A stretch of 64,000 nt of DNA from assembly GCA_012295275.1 (NCBI GenBank), contig CM022676.1, forward strand, positions 6,944,001-7,008,000, read 5' to 3'. The notes below the pieces were generated by a model. The model searched no databases, was not told the DNA's origin, and saw only the letters and a program-made list of their open reading frames with translations. The stretch comes from Chrysomallon squamiferum (taxonomy: Eukaryota; Animalia; Mollusca). The position numbers and the translations under genes were made by a program. Positions within the stretch are counted from its first letter, which is position 1. Each line of letters begins with the position of its first letter. Shown here in pieces: positions 23,714 through 36,980 of this stretch.

Positions 23714-24793
23714 GCTGTACAAATTCACGACTTGTTTTGTTTGTTTGTTTATTATTATTATTATTATTATTAGTTATTGTTGTAGTTGTTTTTTATGTAT
23801 TTTATTATTATCTATCAGTTTTTTCTCTAAAGGAATATTTCATTTTTAAAATTATATCCTTTTGTTCTATTTTCAAAAATAGTTGTATTTCATATAACAG
23901 TTTATTATTATTATTATTATTATATTAATACCTTTTGTTTATTTATTATTATTTTTTTTTTTATTAACATATACATAATAATTCTACCATTTTTCTTTCA
24001 TTGAAAGTCAAAGTTAAATGCAAATACGTTTCATTTGATAAAATTACGACTTTATTTCGAATTGTCGATAATAAACTTCATTTTGTAGATATTATTAATT
24101 AATTAATTATTAATGTAACAGATATGGTTTAAGGAATTTAATGAATTTGCATCACGTGTTTACATTGTTTACCATTATAATCTAAAAACTAGGGTTGGAA
24201 TTTACATTGAAAACTTGTACAGCTTGATTTCGTTGTATATTATTAATTTATTATTATTATATTTTTCACTGTAGAATTAATTTAACATATTATTATTATT
24301 ATCATCATTATTATTAACAAAATATTCCAAAAATGCAATACTATATCGTAGTTTTATTCAATCGGCAATTTACACAAGGGACGTAACTTCTGTATCACCA
24401 GTGAAAATATTTGTTAAATTTACTGATTGCTAAAAAAAACATGCTGATTGGAATGATCGTATTTGACAAATTTAAATGAACATAGTCTTTTGTCAGTGTT
24501 TTATCAGTTTATTCTATAACATCATTTGAGATGGTCTCAAATACTGATCGTCTAAAGTTGCCTATGTTGGTATACAATAAAAACATAGTTTTTAACATTC
24601 GTAACTGTTCGTAATAATGCTCAGAATACCAAGCTACCATTCGCTAGTGATTTATATTTAACTCGAATAAAGTGTTGTTTCATCTCTGTTTACATATTCA
24701 AAATATGTTCCTTTCTCATTAATATTTCTCAGTACTAGGTCTTATACTTCAGCTGGAGTTGGCCCGGGCATCACCAGACTTCTTCACGCCACT

Positions 24794-24795
<2 letters not shown>

Positions 24796-24842
<47 letters not shown>
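24796..24842. repeat. (CA)n microsatellite
   Basis: Direct inspection. Confidence 0.95.
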
Positions 24843-24844
<2 letters not shown>

Positions 24845-25713
24845 TTGCATGTATTCGGTTGATTACATTTTGTTTTTATCATGTTGAAAACCCTAATTAA
24901 CAAAAGGTATGACTGCACAAAGATTTTATATAGATGGCGTCCCAAAGTTGTTATCTGAGATCAGTCCTCTTTAATTTGCCCAAGGAGTTATTTCCCGTTC
25001 CAAAGCCTTAGCTAGTTGGGATCCACCCGGTAAAGTGCTTATGATACTGATGGTGGTGGTTCGAGAATAACAACAACAACAACGGCGACAGGAATTAGAT
25101 CATGAAAATAATCAGACTAAGATGTACGACAAAAATCATATAAATTATGATGATGATGATGATAACAGTAATAGTGAGAGTAAAAGCAATAACAACATTA
25201 AATAATAATAATAATAATAACGTGTCAAAAACAGAAAGTAATAGTAACAAACAATAAATAGAAGAAAAAAATTTGAAAGAAGGCAGTTAAATCAATATGG
25301 CTGACTCTGAAATGAAAACAAAACGAAATCTCGGCAAATCTCGAGATGCATAAATAAACGAAATGCACTAGTAATTAGTGAAAATGATTTTCACGAAATT
25401 CGATATTCGCTTTGACGATAATTAGCCATTTCGACACAATCTGATAAGGTGGATGTGTTTTTTTATACTTTGCTTTTTATGGAAATGTTTCGTAACTAAA
25501 CAAAGGGCCACTGGCAAAAAATAGACGCTAATCTGAATTGTAGATTAATTGATTTGAAACATAATACACAGGTGAGAAAAATACGTCTACGATCAAAATT
25601 AGAATTTGTGTATCATTTGTTGATTCGTTCTTTCGTTTATGTTTTTTCTTGAGTAAATGGTTGCTTTATTTGTTCGTTTATTTATTTATTTTAATTTATT
25701 TAATTTCATTGTA

Positions 25714-25768
<55 letters not shown>

Positions 25769-25977
25769 TGAGCTATAAACAGTTTTTTAAAATGTATATA
25801 TAATAAATAAAATAAAATAAAATGAAATAAATCAGAATTAATTCATCATATTTTATTTCTTCGTCCATTCGTTCTTCATTGTATAAATATTTTTTTTTCA
25901 GTTCATAATAATAATAATAATAATAATAATATAGCAACAACGACACACATTATAATAATTACATCAACAATAACAAC

Positions 25978-26022
<45 letters not shown>

Positions 26023-26692
26023 TAATATAATAATAATAAAAAGTAAAAGAAGAATAATACTGTTACTACTACTAATAATAATTATAATAATTCAAAAAAA
26101 AGAAGAAAATAAATAACTACATTAAATTAGTTCTTAAAATAATACACTGGTAAATATGATAAATGTTTACATACGGAAATGGAAAATAAAAATTAATCTG
26201 AAATTAAAATTAAAATTAAAATTCATCTTTCGTTCATTCTTACGATGGTTGATTCTTTCATTTATCCATTAAATAATTTATTCTTTCGATTGTTAATTAA
26301 TTCGGAGATGTATCTTTCGTTTATTTAATAATATGCCGTCATCTGATTATTAATATTCATTCGTTCTTTCGACGAATTATTCATTGTTTTAAATTCTTTT
26401 GTTTATGCATTTGTCCTATTTATGCATTTATTCATTTTCTGGATCAGTTATGGCAGTTTTGAATATTGTTTTTCCTTTTCTTCTTCTTCTTTATTTTATT
26501 TTATATTATACTGTATTATTTTATTTTATTTTGTTTTATTTTATTTTATTTTATTTATTTATTTATTTATAATAATTTTAAGAAACAATACAGATATGTT
26601 AGTTTAATTTAGTTTATTATTATTATTTTTTAATTATTATTATAAATTTAATTAATTTAATTTAATTTAGTATTATTATTATTATTATTATT

Positions 26693-26729
<37 letters not shown>

Positions 26730-27489
26730 TACTATTATCATTATTATGTTGTATTGTTGTTATTATTATTATTATTATCATCATAATTTTCTGTCACACA
26801 ATATATATACATATCCTAGATATTTATTTATTATTAATATTATCTATTCATTCATTCATTCATTCGCACATTTATTTATTTATTTACATATTTATTTATT
26901 TATTTTATTTTATTTTATTTTATTTTATTTTATTTTTAAAATTTATTATTGCATCTTTATATTGTTATAAGACCTATACGATATTTTATAAATAATTATA
27001 CAACAAAATATTCGTGAGATTAAAAGCTAGTGTTTTGCAAAATCAGATGTAGTCGGTATGGCTACAGGAACAGAAATAGGAGTATTGTTTGATAAAATAT
27101 AAACTACTTTTAAAGAATACTTTTAGTCTTAACAGAAGGGAAGAAGAAGAAAATGTTTGTGTAAATGATATAGAAAGTTATTAACATACCTGCTAAAGAA
27201 AATGTCAGATTTGAAAGAAAAGAAACGTTTCGCCTCTGTAAGCAATCGAAACACATGCAGACAGACAGGCAGACAGACAGACAGACAGACAGACAGATAG
27301 ATAGATAGACAGATAGATAATTAAGAAAATACATGGAAGTAATAAACAAATAAACAAATAAATAAATAAATAAATGAATAAATAATTAAGCACTGATAAA
27401 AACATAGCGTGATAAAGTCTCTAACAAAGACCAAAATGTTAACATGTTTAGTACAAGGATAACATTCTATAAATAAACATACATAAAAT

Positions 27490-27530
<41 letters not shown>

Positions 27531-28469
27531 AACACACACACAGACATAATTTTATTAATAACTTTGTATAATATATATATGTACACACATACACACGCAC
27601 ACACACACACAAAGACAAACACACATACATACTTCATTTATATAACATAATACAAATATCTGTCATATAAAATACACTTTTCTTTATTTTTTTTATTTTT
27701 CTCCGGTTCTTTCTTTATTTATTTAATTTTTTTCTTCTGCAAATTTTGTTTCTTTGCTTTTCGATTTAACAATATTCTACAAAGCTTCTAAACCACGTAA
27801 CCAAGAATTTATAACAGAAGAAACCCCAATGCGTTAAGGATATTTTATTTTCTGTGTAAAATGTCAAAAATTCGTTTTGTAATTATTGCTATTAGCACAT
27901 TAAAAAAATTCAAACTGAAAAAAAAATATAAGTAATTGAGGTTTATTTACAACTAGGAGCTACATAAATTAGTTGTTTGATTTATCATGACTAAAATAAT
28001 AATTTGTCTGCATGTAAAATAGAAATATGTTCTTTGTGTTTTTAAATACATAAAAGGAGCAGATCCATAACTTTGTCAGTAGAGATTGTAAGGCAGTTGT
28101 GAGTATAAAAGTAACACATACACGCAGAGACACGCCCACAGACACGCCCACACGCACGCCCACACGCACACATACGAAATTTAAGACTGGTATGGAGCAC
28201 ATGGGTATATATAAAATTAAATAAATAACAAAATAAAGTAGTCATGAAGAAAGAGGGGGGATAAGATTCCAAGAACCACCCGCCCCTCTGGAACCCCCCC
28301 CCGTATGAATCATAAGACGATTTTAAGTTAAAATTAATACCTCTCCAATGAAAGGTTGCCTCATAAAACATTTCTTGTTTTTTAGAAAACCGAGAAAGCT
28401 CTAAATCCTTTCTGAGATGTAAACAGCGGTTATGTTAATTTATAAATAAATCCGTTTTGTTTCGATAAT

Positions 28470-29600
28470 AGTTTACTCTCGTGCAAGTCACGTGACCGAC
28501 TTAATTTGTGGGTATCGGTTAGTAACCTAATTAGTTTTGTTTTCCCGCCCAATTCACTGGCGTATGTAGGCAATTAATTTCGCTTTTCCCCTCCAATTAT
28601 TTCTGCATTCGATGGTAGTTGAAACCGTTTATCGTCTGTTAGGATGCACGTGCGATGCACGCGAGTTTTCGTAAACGAAAAATAAAATACACGAACCTGT
28701 TAAAGAGATTTTTCTTTTGTCACCGTAATTATGGCCCTTGTTTCCGTGAGATACTATCATCCGAAGTTAATTATTTTAACAATCTCTTTCGGTCACGCTG
28801 TAGAATTAAGTAATGAGACAAGGTGTATAATATGTCACGGCTGGCTGACTCTAAAACTTTGCCTTTTGCTATTTAGGCTAATGTGGACCCCATGTTTTGC
28901 GGAAAGATCAAATAAAAAAAACGCATGTTTATCTGATGGAAATTTTATTTAAAAAGAAGAAGAAGAAGAAGAAGAAAAGAAAAGAAAAAAAAAAGACAAG
29001 GATTAAACAAAAATTAATCCACAGAAAGGCTTCTTTTATCCCGAGGTGATTCCCTCCCATAGGATACCGTTACGCTTTTAATCTGCGCGCGCGCATTTAT
29101 ATCGTGCTGTTCTCTCCTGCCGTGCACGTGCAGCGAGCAAGCGATTATAAGCAGACGACAACGAGAAAATAGATTTATTTCCGATTCCAACTCGCCGTGT
29201 TTCAGATTCAAGAACTATTAATCAGTGGCGAGCACAAAGATGTTTTATTTATGGAGCGATCTGAGCAGAAACAAAGTCTTTATTAAACAGCGAGGCAACG
29301 CCCTCCTGTGGCGGCCATATTGAAATCTTTCGGACTAATCTTTTACGTCGTCTTCGTCTTGCTATTGTTTCGTCTGACGAATTAGTTCGACTGTCTGGTC
29401 TTACTTAATAATAATAGTTTACCTAACTGCTAATTTTAATCGCTTTAACGCTAATACGCCATTGAATATTTCATTTTTGTGAAGGGCTTAAGCGAAAAAG
29501 TTTGAATGATCAATATGCCTGCGTCGCTTTCACTGCTGTCGGTCCCATTGCGAGTGAAATGGTTTTCAAGATAAATTATCATCACGAAAAATGGAAATAA
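28470..29600. promoter_or_regulatory. CpG-rich non-coding island(s), candidate enhancer
   Basis: Complex, CpG-rich sequence in low-complexity surroundings; CACGTG 28489, 28647, 29125; CACGCG 28658; CTCGTG 28478; TTCCCGCC 28542. Confidence 0.5.
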
Positions 29601-30048
29601 TTTAAAGAGGATAAATGTCGTTGTAAATTAAATGTTTTGTATTTGTCATGGTTTGAAAATAATATTACTAAAATTCTTCTCTTTTTTTTAAATTTTTAAA
29701 TTTTTTTATTTATTTTTTATTTAATGCGTTAAGGTTTGAGTTATAATAACAATAAATTAATAAAGAAAGAAAAGAAAGGAAAAAAATTAATAAAAAATTA
29801 ATAAAATAAACGAGTATACATATATCATGACAATTTGAAAAAAAAGAAAGAAAGAAAGAAACAGAACTAATTTTGACAATAATCTGCTGCTATTTATTTA
29901 TTTATATTTATATTTATCTATTTATTTTATGATCGCCTTTAATTCGTCCTAATATAGCAAAGATGTTTTACACTCACACACAACATACTTTACATAATAG
30001 TCATAAATTATTATTAATGAGAGTCTTGAAAATCAAAAAAAAAAAAAA

Positions 30049-30092
<44 letters not shown>

Positions 30093-30234
30093 AAAAAGAA
30101 AAATCCTTCAGAGGAAATAGAAATAAAAAAGAAAGGAAAAATTGTTTTTTTTTATCGATTCGTACTGTTCACGTCCTTAAAATTTCCCATTCATCAATAT
30201 TGCCGAAGAAGAAATTCTTGAAATAATTAGTCCT

Positions 30235-30850
30235 AATTAGTTGCGTTTATTCCGGCCAAGGCGCGCACGATCTTCTTCTTCTACTTGTCTCTCCATGTTT
30301 AAAAAGGACGAACGTAAGACATTTGTGACAAACAAACATCCGGATCGATTCACAAAATAAAAGACGATAGCTGCGTACAGACCACGGTACCGGCTAAATA
30401 ACCACGGGTCCGAGTTACGTCCCTTCTTAAAACGGTAAAGTCTCGCCGTGAACGAGAATAACAAAATGTCTGGATTGTTCGATTGCAACACGCGCAGGTG
30501 TTAATAGAACTCTAATTGGCGGGAAGTTGTGGAAGCTAGTAGGAAACAGACTCGCTTGATCTTTTACAAAGTCGTATGTCGAACGGAAAAAGCGATCCAC
30601 GAAGTATTGAATATCGTCTGCTTTCTTTTAAAAGAAATATTTCTCCTTTGAAGTGACTTTTCAACAAGATATTCCTACATGTGATGGCCACATAATGCTT
30701 TTATCGATGGTAAAAACATATGTGGTCTTTTAGCGAGGCGGGCTTTTACGAAACATAGGAATGATTTATGTCTGCTGTTCTTCTCCATTTTGAGTTTTGT
30801 TTTCCCATTAAGACTTTTATTTGAATTACAAGAACACCGGCAGTATTGAT
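30235..30850. promoter_or_regulatory. CpG-rich non-coding island, candidate enhancer
   Basis: CACGCG+CAGGTG at 30489-30500; GGCGGGAA 30518. Confidence 0.45.
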
Positions 30851-32209
30851 TCAGTTCATTAATAAATACATCACTATGATGTTTATATTGCAATAAATTA
30901 TATCGTGGCTCTACTTTTTGTTTTCAATAGAAAATAAGAAAAAAAAAAGAAGAAATTTATTAGTTGTTCTTTTTTATTTTTTATATTAATAGCGGTCCAT
31001 AAATTGATCATAATAGAAAACAGCACACCTGAAGTCTGTAGAGGCATATTTTTGTTTGAATATGTGTGCGTGAGAACAGATTTGTACTTGTGCGTGTGTC
31101 CCTTTTCACGTTTTTAATTTCAGTTCACTCGTGCGATAAAAGTTAAATATGTTTTATTTATTTATTTATTTATTTATTTAATTTGTTTATTTATTTATTT
31201 TAATTATCATCATTAATTATTATTATTGTGATTTCATTTTAAATACAAATAAAAATTATGCATTTCTTTTAAAATCAAATCTTTCTTGTGTTTTGGCTTT
31301 AAGTACAAAATAGTTATGAGTAATGAATTTGAAATTATTCAGTACGTATCAATGAGCCATTTTTATGTAATGCACGAGCGTGTGTGCGTATGTGTATGTA
31401 TGAAATGAAATTAATGTTTATATTTTTATTACAAATACCTCGAAATGAATGGAAAGCACTTTTAACACCATTTCTAAGTATTCTGAATGCACTGAATACC
31501 TTGGAAACCTTTTCTAAATATATTTTTCAATAAATGTTCATATATTGTTCGTGATTATACAGCTATCGGTTTGTATGTTCATATTTCTGCATGGATGTGT
31601 ATGATTGTTTGTCAGTTTGTCTTCGTGTTTGTCTGTGTATGTGTGTGTACAAGTTCGTATGCATGATTGCTTGACTATGTTACTTACTTATGTGTGTATG
31701 TCCGTATGAGTGTGTGTACGGTTGTATGTGTGTTTAATATCAGCTATTTTGTTATTCTGAATGTTATGGGTTCCTATTAGCGATTAGCAACGAAGCATCA
31801 TTTCTCTAAAACGTTTATGAAGAAAAGCCGTTATCTAAAGTTAACAAATTGTCTTTTGTGTATTGTGTAAATTGTATATTATATTTTGGAAATTATTACA
31901 GCTCTTGTTGCTGTTATTACTAATGTTAATTAATATTCATATAAAATATTTTAAAGCAATTTTTATATATTTGTTTGCTTATTCATTCATTCGTTCGTTC
32001 GTTCGTTCTTTTTTTTTTTTTTTTTAATATACATATGTATTATTTCTATTTTTATTTTTTTGTTGCTGTTGTCGTTGTCGCTATTATTTATTTATTTGCA
32101 TGAAAGGAGTTCTGGAAAAATACCATTTTAGTATGACGTACCCAAGGAACAAGTTCAAACTGTTTGTTTACGCAAATTAGATTTGTTATTTTTGATTAAT
32201 GCAAAAATT

Positions 32210-32276
<67 letters not shown>

Positions 32277-33479
32277 GTAATAAATAAATAAAATAATATA
32301 ATAATAATAATAAAAACAAATTAATAAAAATATTTTTTTATTTTTTTTTGTTAAAACTAAATAAAATCACTAATAATTATATTTTTTTAATAAAATAAAT
32401 TCCTTATGAAATCAAATCAGTATAAGTTTATAGGCTCATGAAATGTACACATTTTATTTCTCTATATAGAGAAACCAGTACACATAATTATCAAAATGTT
32501 TGGAATAAATTAACCTGCATCTACGGAATTAAAAATATTTTTAAGAAGGTTTCGACATTTTATTTGCTTATAAGGTACAATAACTTGAAATAGTCTCGTT
32601 TTCTCATATATAGATTTTATATTTTATATGCAGTTTTAAATTAATTACTAAAAATGATACCTGCCGAAAATGAAATTGGCACACTTAATATTTATTATTA
32701 TTTTAACGTTTATAAGTTTAATATATATATATATATAATTTGTAATTTAATACAATTTCTTTTAACAAGGAGTAAATCCATTTTTTTTCCTTTGCAGAAT
32801 TAAGTCTAGAGATTAGTCTGATTAAAAAATGGATATTAGCGCTTTTTTATAAACAGAATAAAATAAACTACATTTTTTTTATAAATATTTAAATTATATT
32901 TTAATTTAGTTTCTCTTTAGTTTCAACTTTTATCTCGACAGATCAAAATAATAAATGAAAATTGTTACCTTTCTATAGAGAGAATTTGTACATATATACG
33001 TGGTTTTATTAATTAATATATTGAAATTATAATCTTTGTAAAACAAAATAAAAAAATAAAAATTAGTTTGCCTACGTTTTATATTTGATATAGAAACATC
33101 AAAATTGCATTTATCACATACGTATTTACAAAATCGCACCTCGTTTAATTTATTAATAAAGAAAATAGGTCCTTTAGCGTATACTTTTCTATTTTCTATA
33201 ATGTCCAGATGCGGATTAAGAAAAGAAGAAGAAGAAGAGGTAGAAAAAACAACAGAAAACAATTAATACGTTTCTGTCATTTTTTTTATTAAGAGTCAAA
33301 ACCTCAAGGGATTCAATCTTAAGCACAAGTTTCTGAAGTCACATTTATTCAACTGTCCATTTTCTTCATCCTTTCTTTCCTTTTTAACTTTTTTTTTATT
33401 TCATGTTTTTGTTTCAAAATCAGAACATATGTTAACGGAAGGTTTGATCGACAAGGGAATAACAAAATAACAATGGGGG

Positions 33480-34060
33480 TCATTTGCATATTTCGAGAGC
33501 CGTAATTTACATATTATTTCCGTCCAGATCAAGAGAGGTGGCCAATATGGCTGACAGATGTTTTTCAATGATTAGCGAGATTTTGCGCGAGAAAGCCGAA
33601 ACGTCACTTCCTAAAGATGTCGATATTTTCAGCAGCTCGTGCCACGCCCTCGTTTTGAAGTCGATGGACTCTCGTTTTAATAACAGACCGCTATTCAATC
33701 ATGAAACTATTAAAAAAAATAAAAAAAAAAAAAAATAATCTTTTAACCTGTTTTGGCTCGTATAGATTTTTCACCTGTGTAAAGGATTATTTGATTAAGC
33801 GTAGTAATGTAGATTGGGTAGTTGTTAGCCTGCGGGAACGTACGGGAGATGAATTGTCAGACGATTGGGTGCACGAGGTTGGCATGCGCGGTCAATTAAG
33901 ATAATCAAGGACGTACAAATTTCGTATTTTGATTTTAAACGAAAATAAATATGCTCAGCACGAGCTTGTGCACGTGCGACGGTATGCCATAAACGTGTTT
34001 TTCAAAAAACGTTTTAACCGTAAAAACATTCACCATTTGGTGACAGTTATGACAGTAAAC
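33480..34060. promoter_or_regulatory. CpG-rich non-coding island, candidate enhancer
   Basis: CACGAG 33872 and 33959; CACGTG 33971; CCAAT/ATTGG motifs. Confidence 0.45.
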
Positions 34061-34136
34061 ACAACAGGATTTTTTTATTCGCTGAATCTATGCATGGAAT
34101 AAAAAGTGACATACGTCCGAATAAAGAATATAGTTT

Positions 34137-34355
34137 GAAAGTACTTATCCTTTTTTTTAGCCTTGATAGAAAAACAAAAAAGCAAAAAAAAACAACGACC
34201 ATTAATAATAATAATAATAGTAATGCTAGTAATAATAATGATAATAGATAAAAACATGAAAGTACTTAAACCTTTTTTTTAGCCTTGATAGAAAAAAAAA
34301 AAAACGACCATTAATAATAATAATAATAGTAATGCTAGTAATAATAATGATAATG
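34137..34355. repeat. ~120-bp direct duplication
   Basis: gaaagtactta...tagccttgatagaaaa...acgaccattaataat...gtaatgctagtaataat occurs twice (34137, 34258). Confidence 0.85.
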
Positions 34356-34526
34356 ATCATGATAATAATGGTGGTGGTGGTGATGATAAAGATTTAATAA
34401 TAATAACAATAATGATAATGATATTAATGATGATAAAAAAAGTAATAATAATAATGGCTATGGTGATGATGATGAAGATTTTATGATAGTAAAAGGTAAA
34501 GATAATGTTAATAATGATGATAAATG

Positions 34527-34566
<40 letters not shown>

Positions 34567-35270
34567 TAACAGCAACAAAATCACCAAATCCCCCAAAAAG
34601 TACATACATACTTCACTTTAAATCTTTGATTGGTTATACGAGTGCGAGCGTTTGGCTTATTATGCACATGCATTACTATGTATATATACACAGTGATAAA
34701 ACCAGTTCGTTAACCCTGACTTGGATAGAACTAACGCTCTCGCGAGATCAGGATAGGCGTTCTTGAACAGTTACCCGATTAAAGCACGCCATAAACAGTC
34801 CATAGTCACACTGCGTTGAATAACTGTAATGTATCTTTAACATTAAGTTGAGATCATAATTTACAAAAGTTACATGAACAAAGTGAGCACACAAAAACAA
34901 AATCTATTTGTAGATGGTATTATTTTTGGTTTAGTCTGCAAAAGTAAGACTGTTAAAACTTTAAAACTGTCTGTCTGTCTTTCTGTCTGTCTCTCTGCCT
35001 GCGTGTCTATCTATCTATCTGTCTGTCTGTATACAGAGGTGTAGATATAGATGTCTGAAGATTATAAATAAAATGTTAACCTTAATTATTAATATTCACA
35101 TTTTGTAGTTACTAGCAATCCCAAGCTATGTGAACAAAGGCGTAAAGGCTTTTTCCTATATATGTGAAGATACAGATATATAGTTTTCTATTCATGTCTG
35201 GCAGTTACCATCCTAATTCAATGTCTTACCGAGGTTCAACGATTTCGTATATAACATATATACAAGTCAG

Positions 35271-35309
<39 letters not shown>

Positions 35310-35327
35310 TAATAATAATAATATATT

Positions 35328-35360
<33 letters not shown>

Positions 35361-35816
35361 TATTATTATTATTATTATAAATTATTATTATTATTGTTGT
35401 TGTTGTTGTTATTATAATAACTAACTAACTAGATGAATAATAACAGTAGTAGTAGTAGTATTAACAGTGGTAGCAGTGGTAGAAATAATAATAATAATAA
35501 TAATAATTAAATTTTAATTAAAATTCCATGGGAACGTTCACTCTTAATCAACTTTAACGTAACAGTGTAAAGTTTCAATACTACATTATTATTATTATGT
35601 AAATATATACGACGTCTAACTAATTAATGGACCATGCTAAATGACATTAGATATTTTAATTATATTAACATTTATCTACCAGCTATCGTTGTCTTAAATC
35701 CGCTTAAATAAATTTACTGACTAATACCTTTGACGTTAATAACGATGATGGACTTAAAAGTAATGATGACAGTGATAAAGAAAATACTTTTTGTTGTTAT
35801 TATTATTATTTTATTT

Positions 35817-35857
<41 letters not shown>

Positions 35858-36085
35858 TTCCCTGTATGGAATAAATATTATGGTGGGTCTCTTAATGACA
35901 AACATTGCCAGTGGTAAAGATAATAGTTTTTGCTATTCATGAATTTATTTTTCAGTACTTCATCATTTTCTTTTTCCTTTGTATATATTATGTAATTCTT
36001 TTAACGACAAATATGGACTCGACGGCTTGAATATATTTATTTCTGTCTAAAGATATTCGGTAAAATAATAATAATGATGATGATG

Positions 36086-36127
<42 letters not shown>

Positions 36128-36149
36128 GACGAAAAGAAAATTTAAAATT

Positions 36150-36980
36150 CCCATTGCACTGCTGCATTGCACTGTCGATCAGTCAAATAATTTAAATGTG
36201 AAATGAAAACGAGACAGTGACCACTGCAGTGTCCGAAGGTGCAAGGAATCGAATGACGTGCATTACGTCCGACATGACATTTTTGACATCGGCGCGTGCA
36301 CATCACGCGCCGGTTCTTTGTTGCGTCGTATTGTTGCGCGAGCGATCTTCCGCTCTGCAGAGATCGTCTGACCGGCGGAACCGTCTGGTCGGAACTCGCA
36401 CGCCTCTCTGCACGAGCACGATGGCCTCTTTTCAGCAGCGACGACGTCACAGGGCGAAGAGGTCGCGGTGCGTCTCCGAGGAACAAAAAAAAAGAAAACA
36501 ATACCTCCGTGGGTTGGCCTCGTTGTCGGACAACCATATTAGCAGTCGGTGAAAGCCGAATTTGACCCGAGCATATTCGCGAGTCGAAAAGGTTCGTGTT
36601 TAACCACACCATTTTTCACCTTTGGGGGTCAACCCTTTATTTCCCCCGCCGTCAATGAACGCGCGTCGCATGCTTAGACGCTCGATCTTTACGGGGCGTA
36701 TTCTTTGACCAGATTGTATCGAAACTGCGGCTATTAAATGTTTGTTCTAATCACTACCTGAAGGCGGGAACCCGGCCTAGCCAGGCGTGTGTCCATTTGG
36801 TCAATCGATGTGCAAAGAGAGGGTTAATAACAAGTCTTCGATACATTCAAGCCGCCATTATAATTAATTTACAATACGAAAAGAGACTGCACTGGTTTAG
36901 GCCTTTGTGATACGTAACGTCCGTATTAATATGGACACCTGGCAGAAGGCCGTACACCAGTCGAAAGTTTTCCCACTTCC
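36150..36980. promoter_or_regulatory. Strongest CpG-rich non-coding island, candidate enhancer or promoter
   Basis: Roughly 50% GC; CGCGTG 36293, CACGCG 36304, CACGAG 36411, GGCGGGAA 36763, TTCCCAC 36970. Confidence 0.55.

Noticed and set aside
36151-36232. attgcact repeats resembling miR-92/miR-33 sequence with a loose hairpin
   Set aside because: Stem is short and interrupted with a ~36-nt loop; similarity does not extend beyond a seed-length word.
36142-36612. Overlapping ORFs of 156, 111 and 89 aa
   Set aside because: Explained by high local GC (few stops); no recognisable protein motif or splice framework; treated as a non-coding island.
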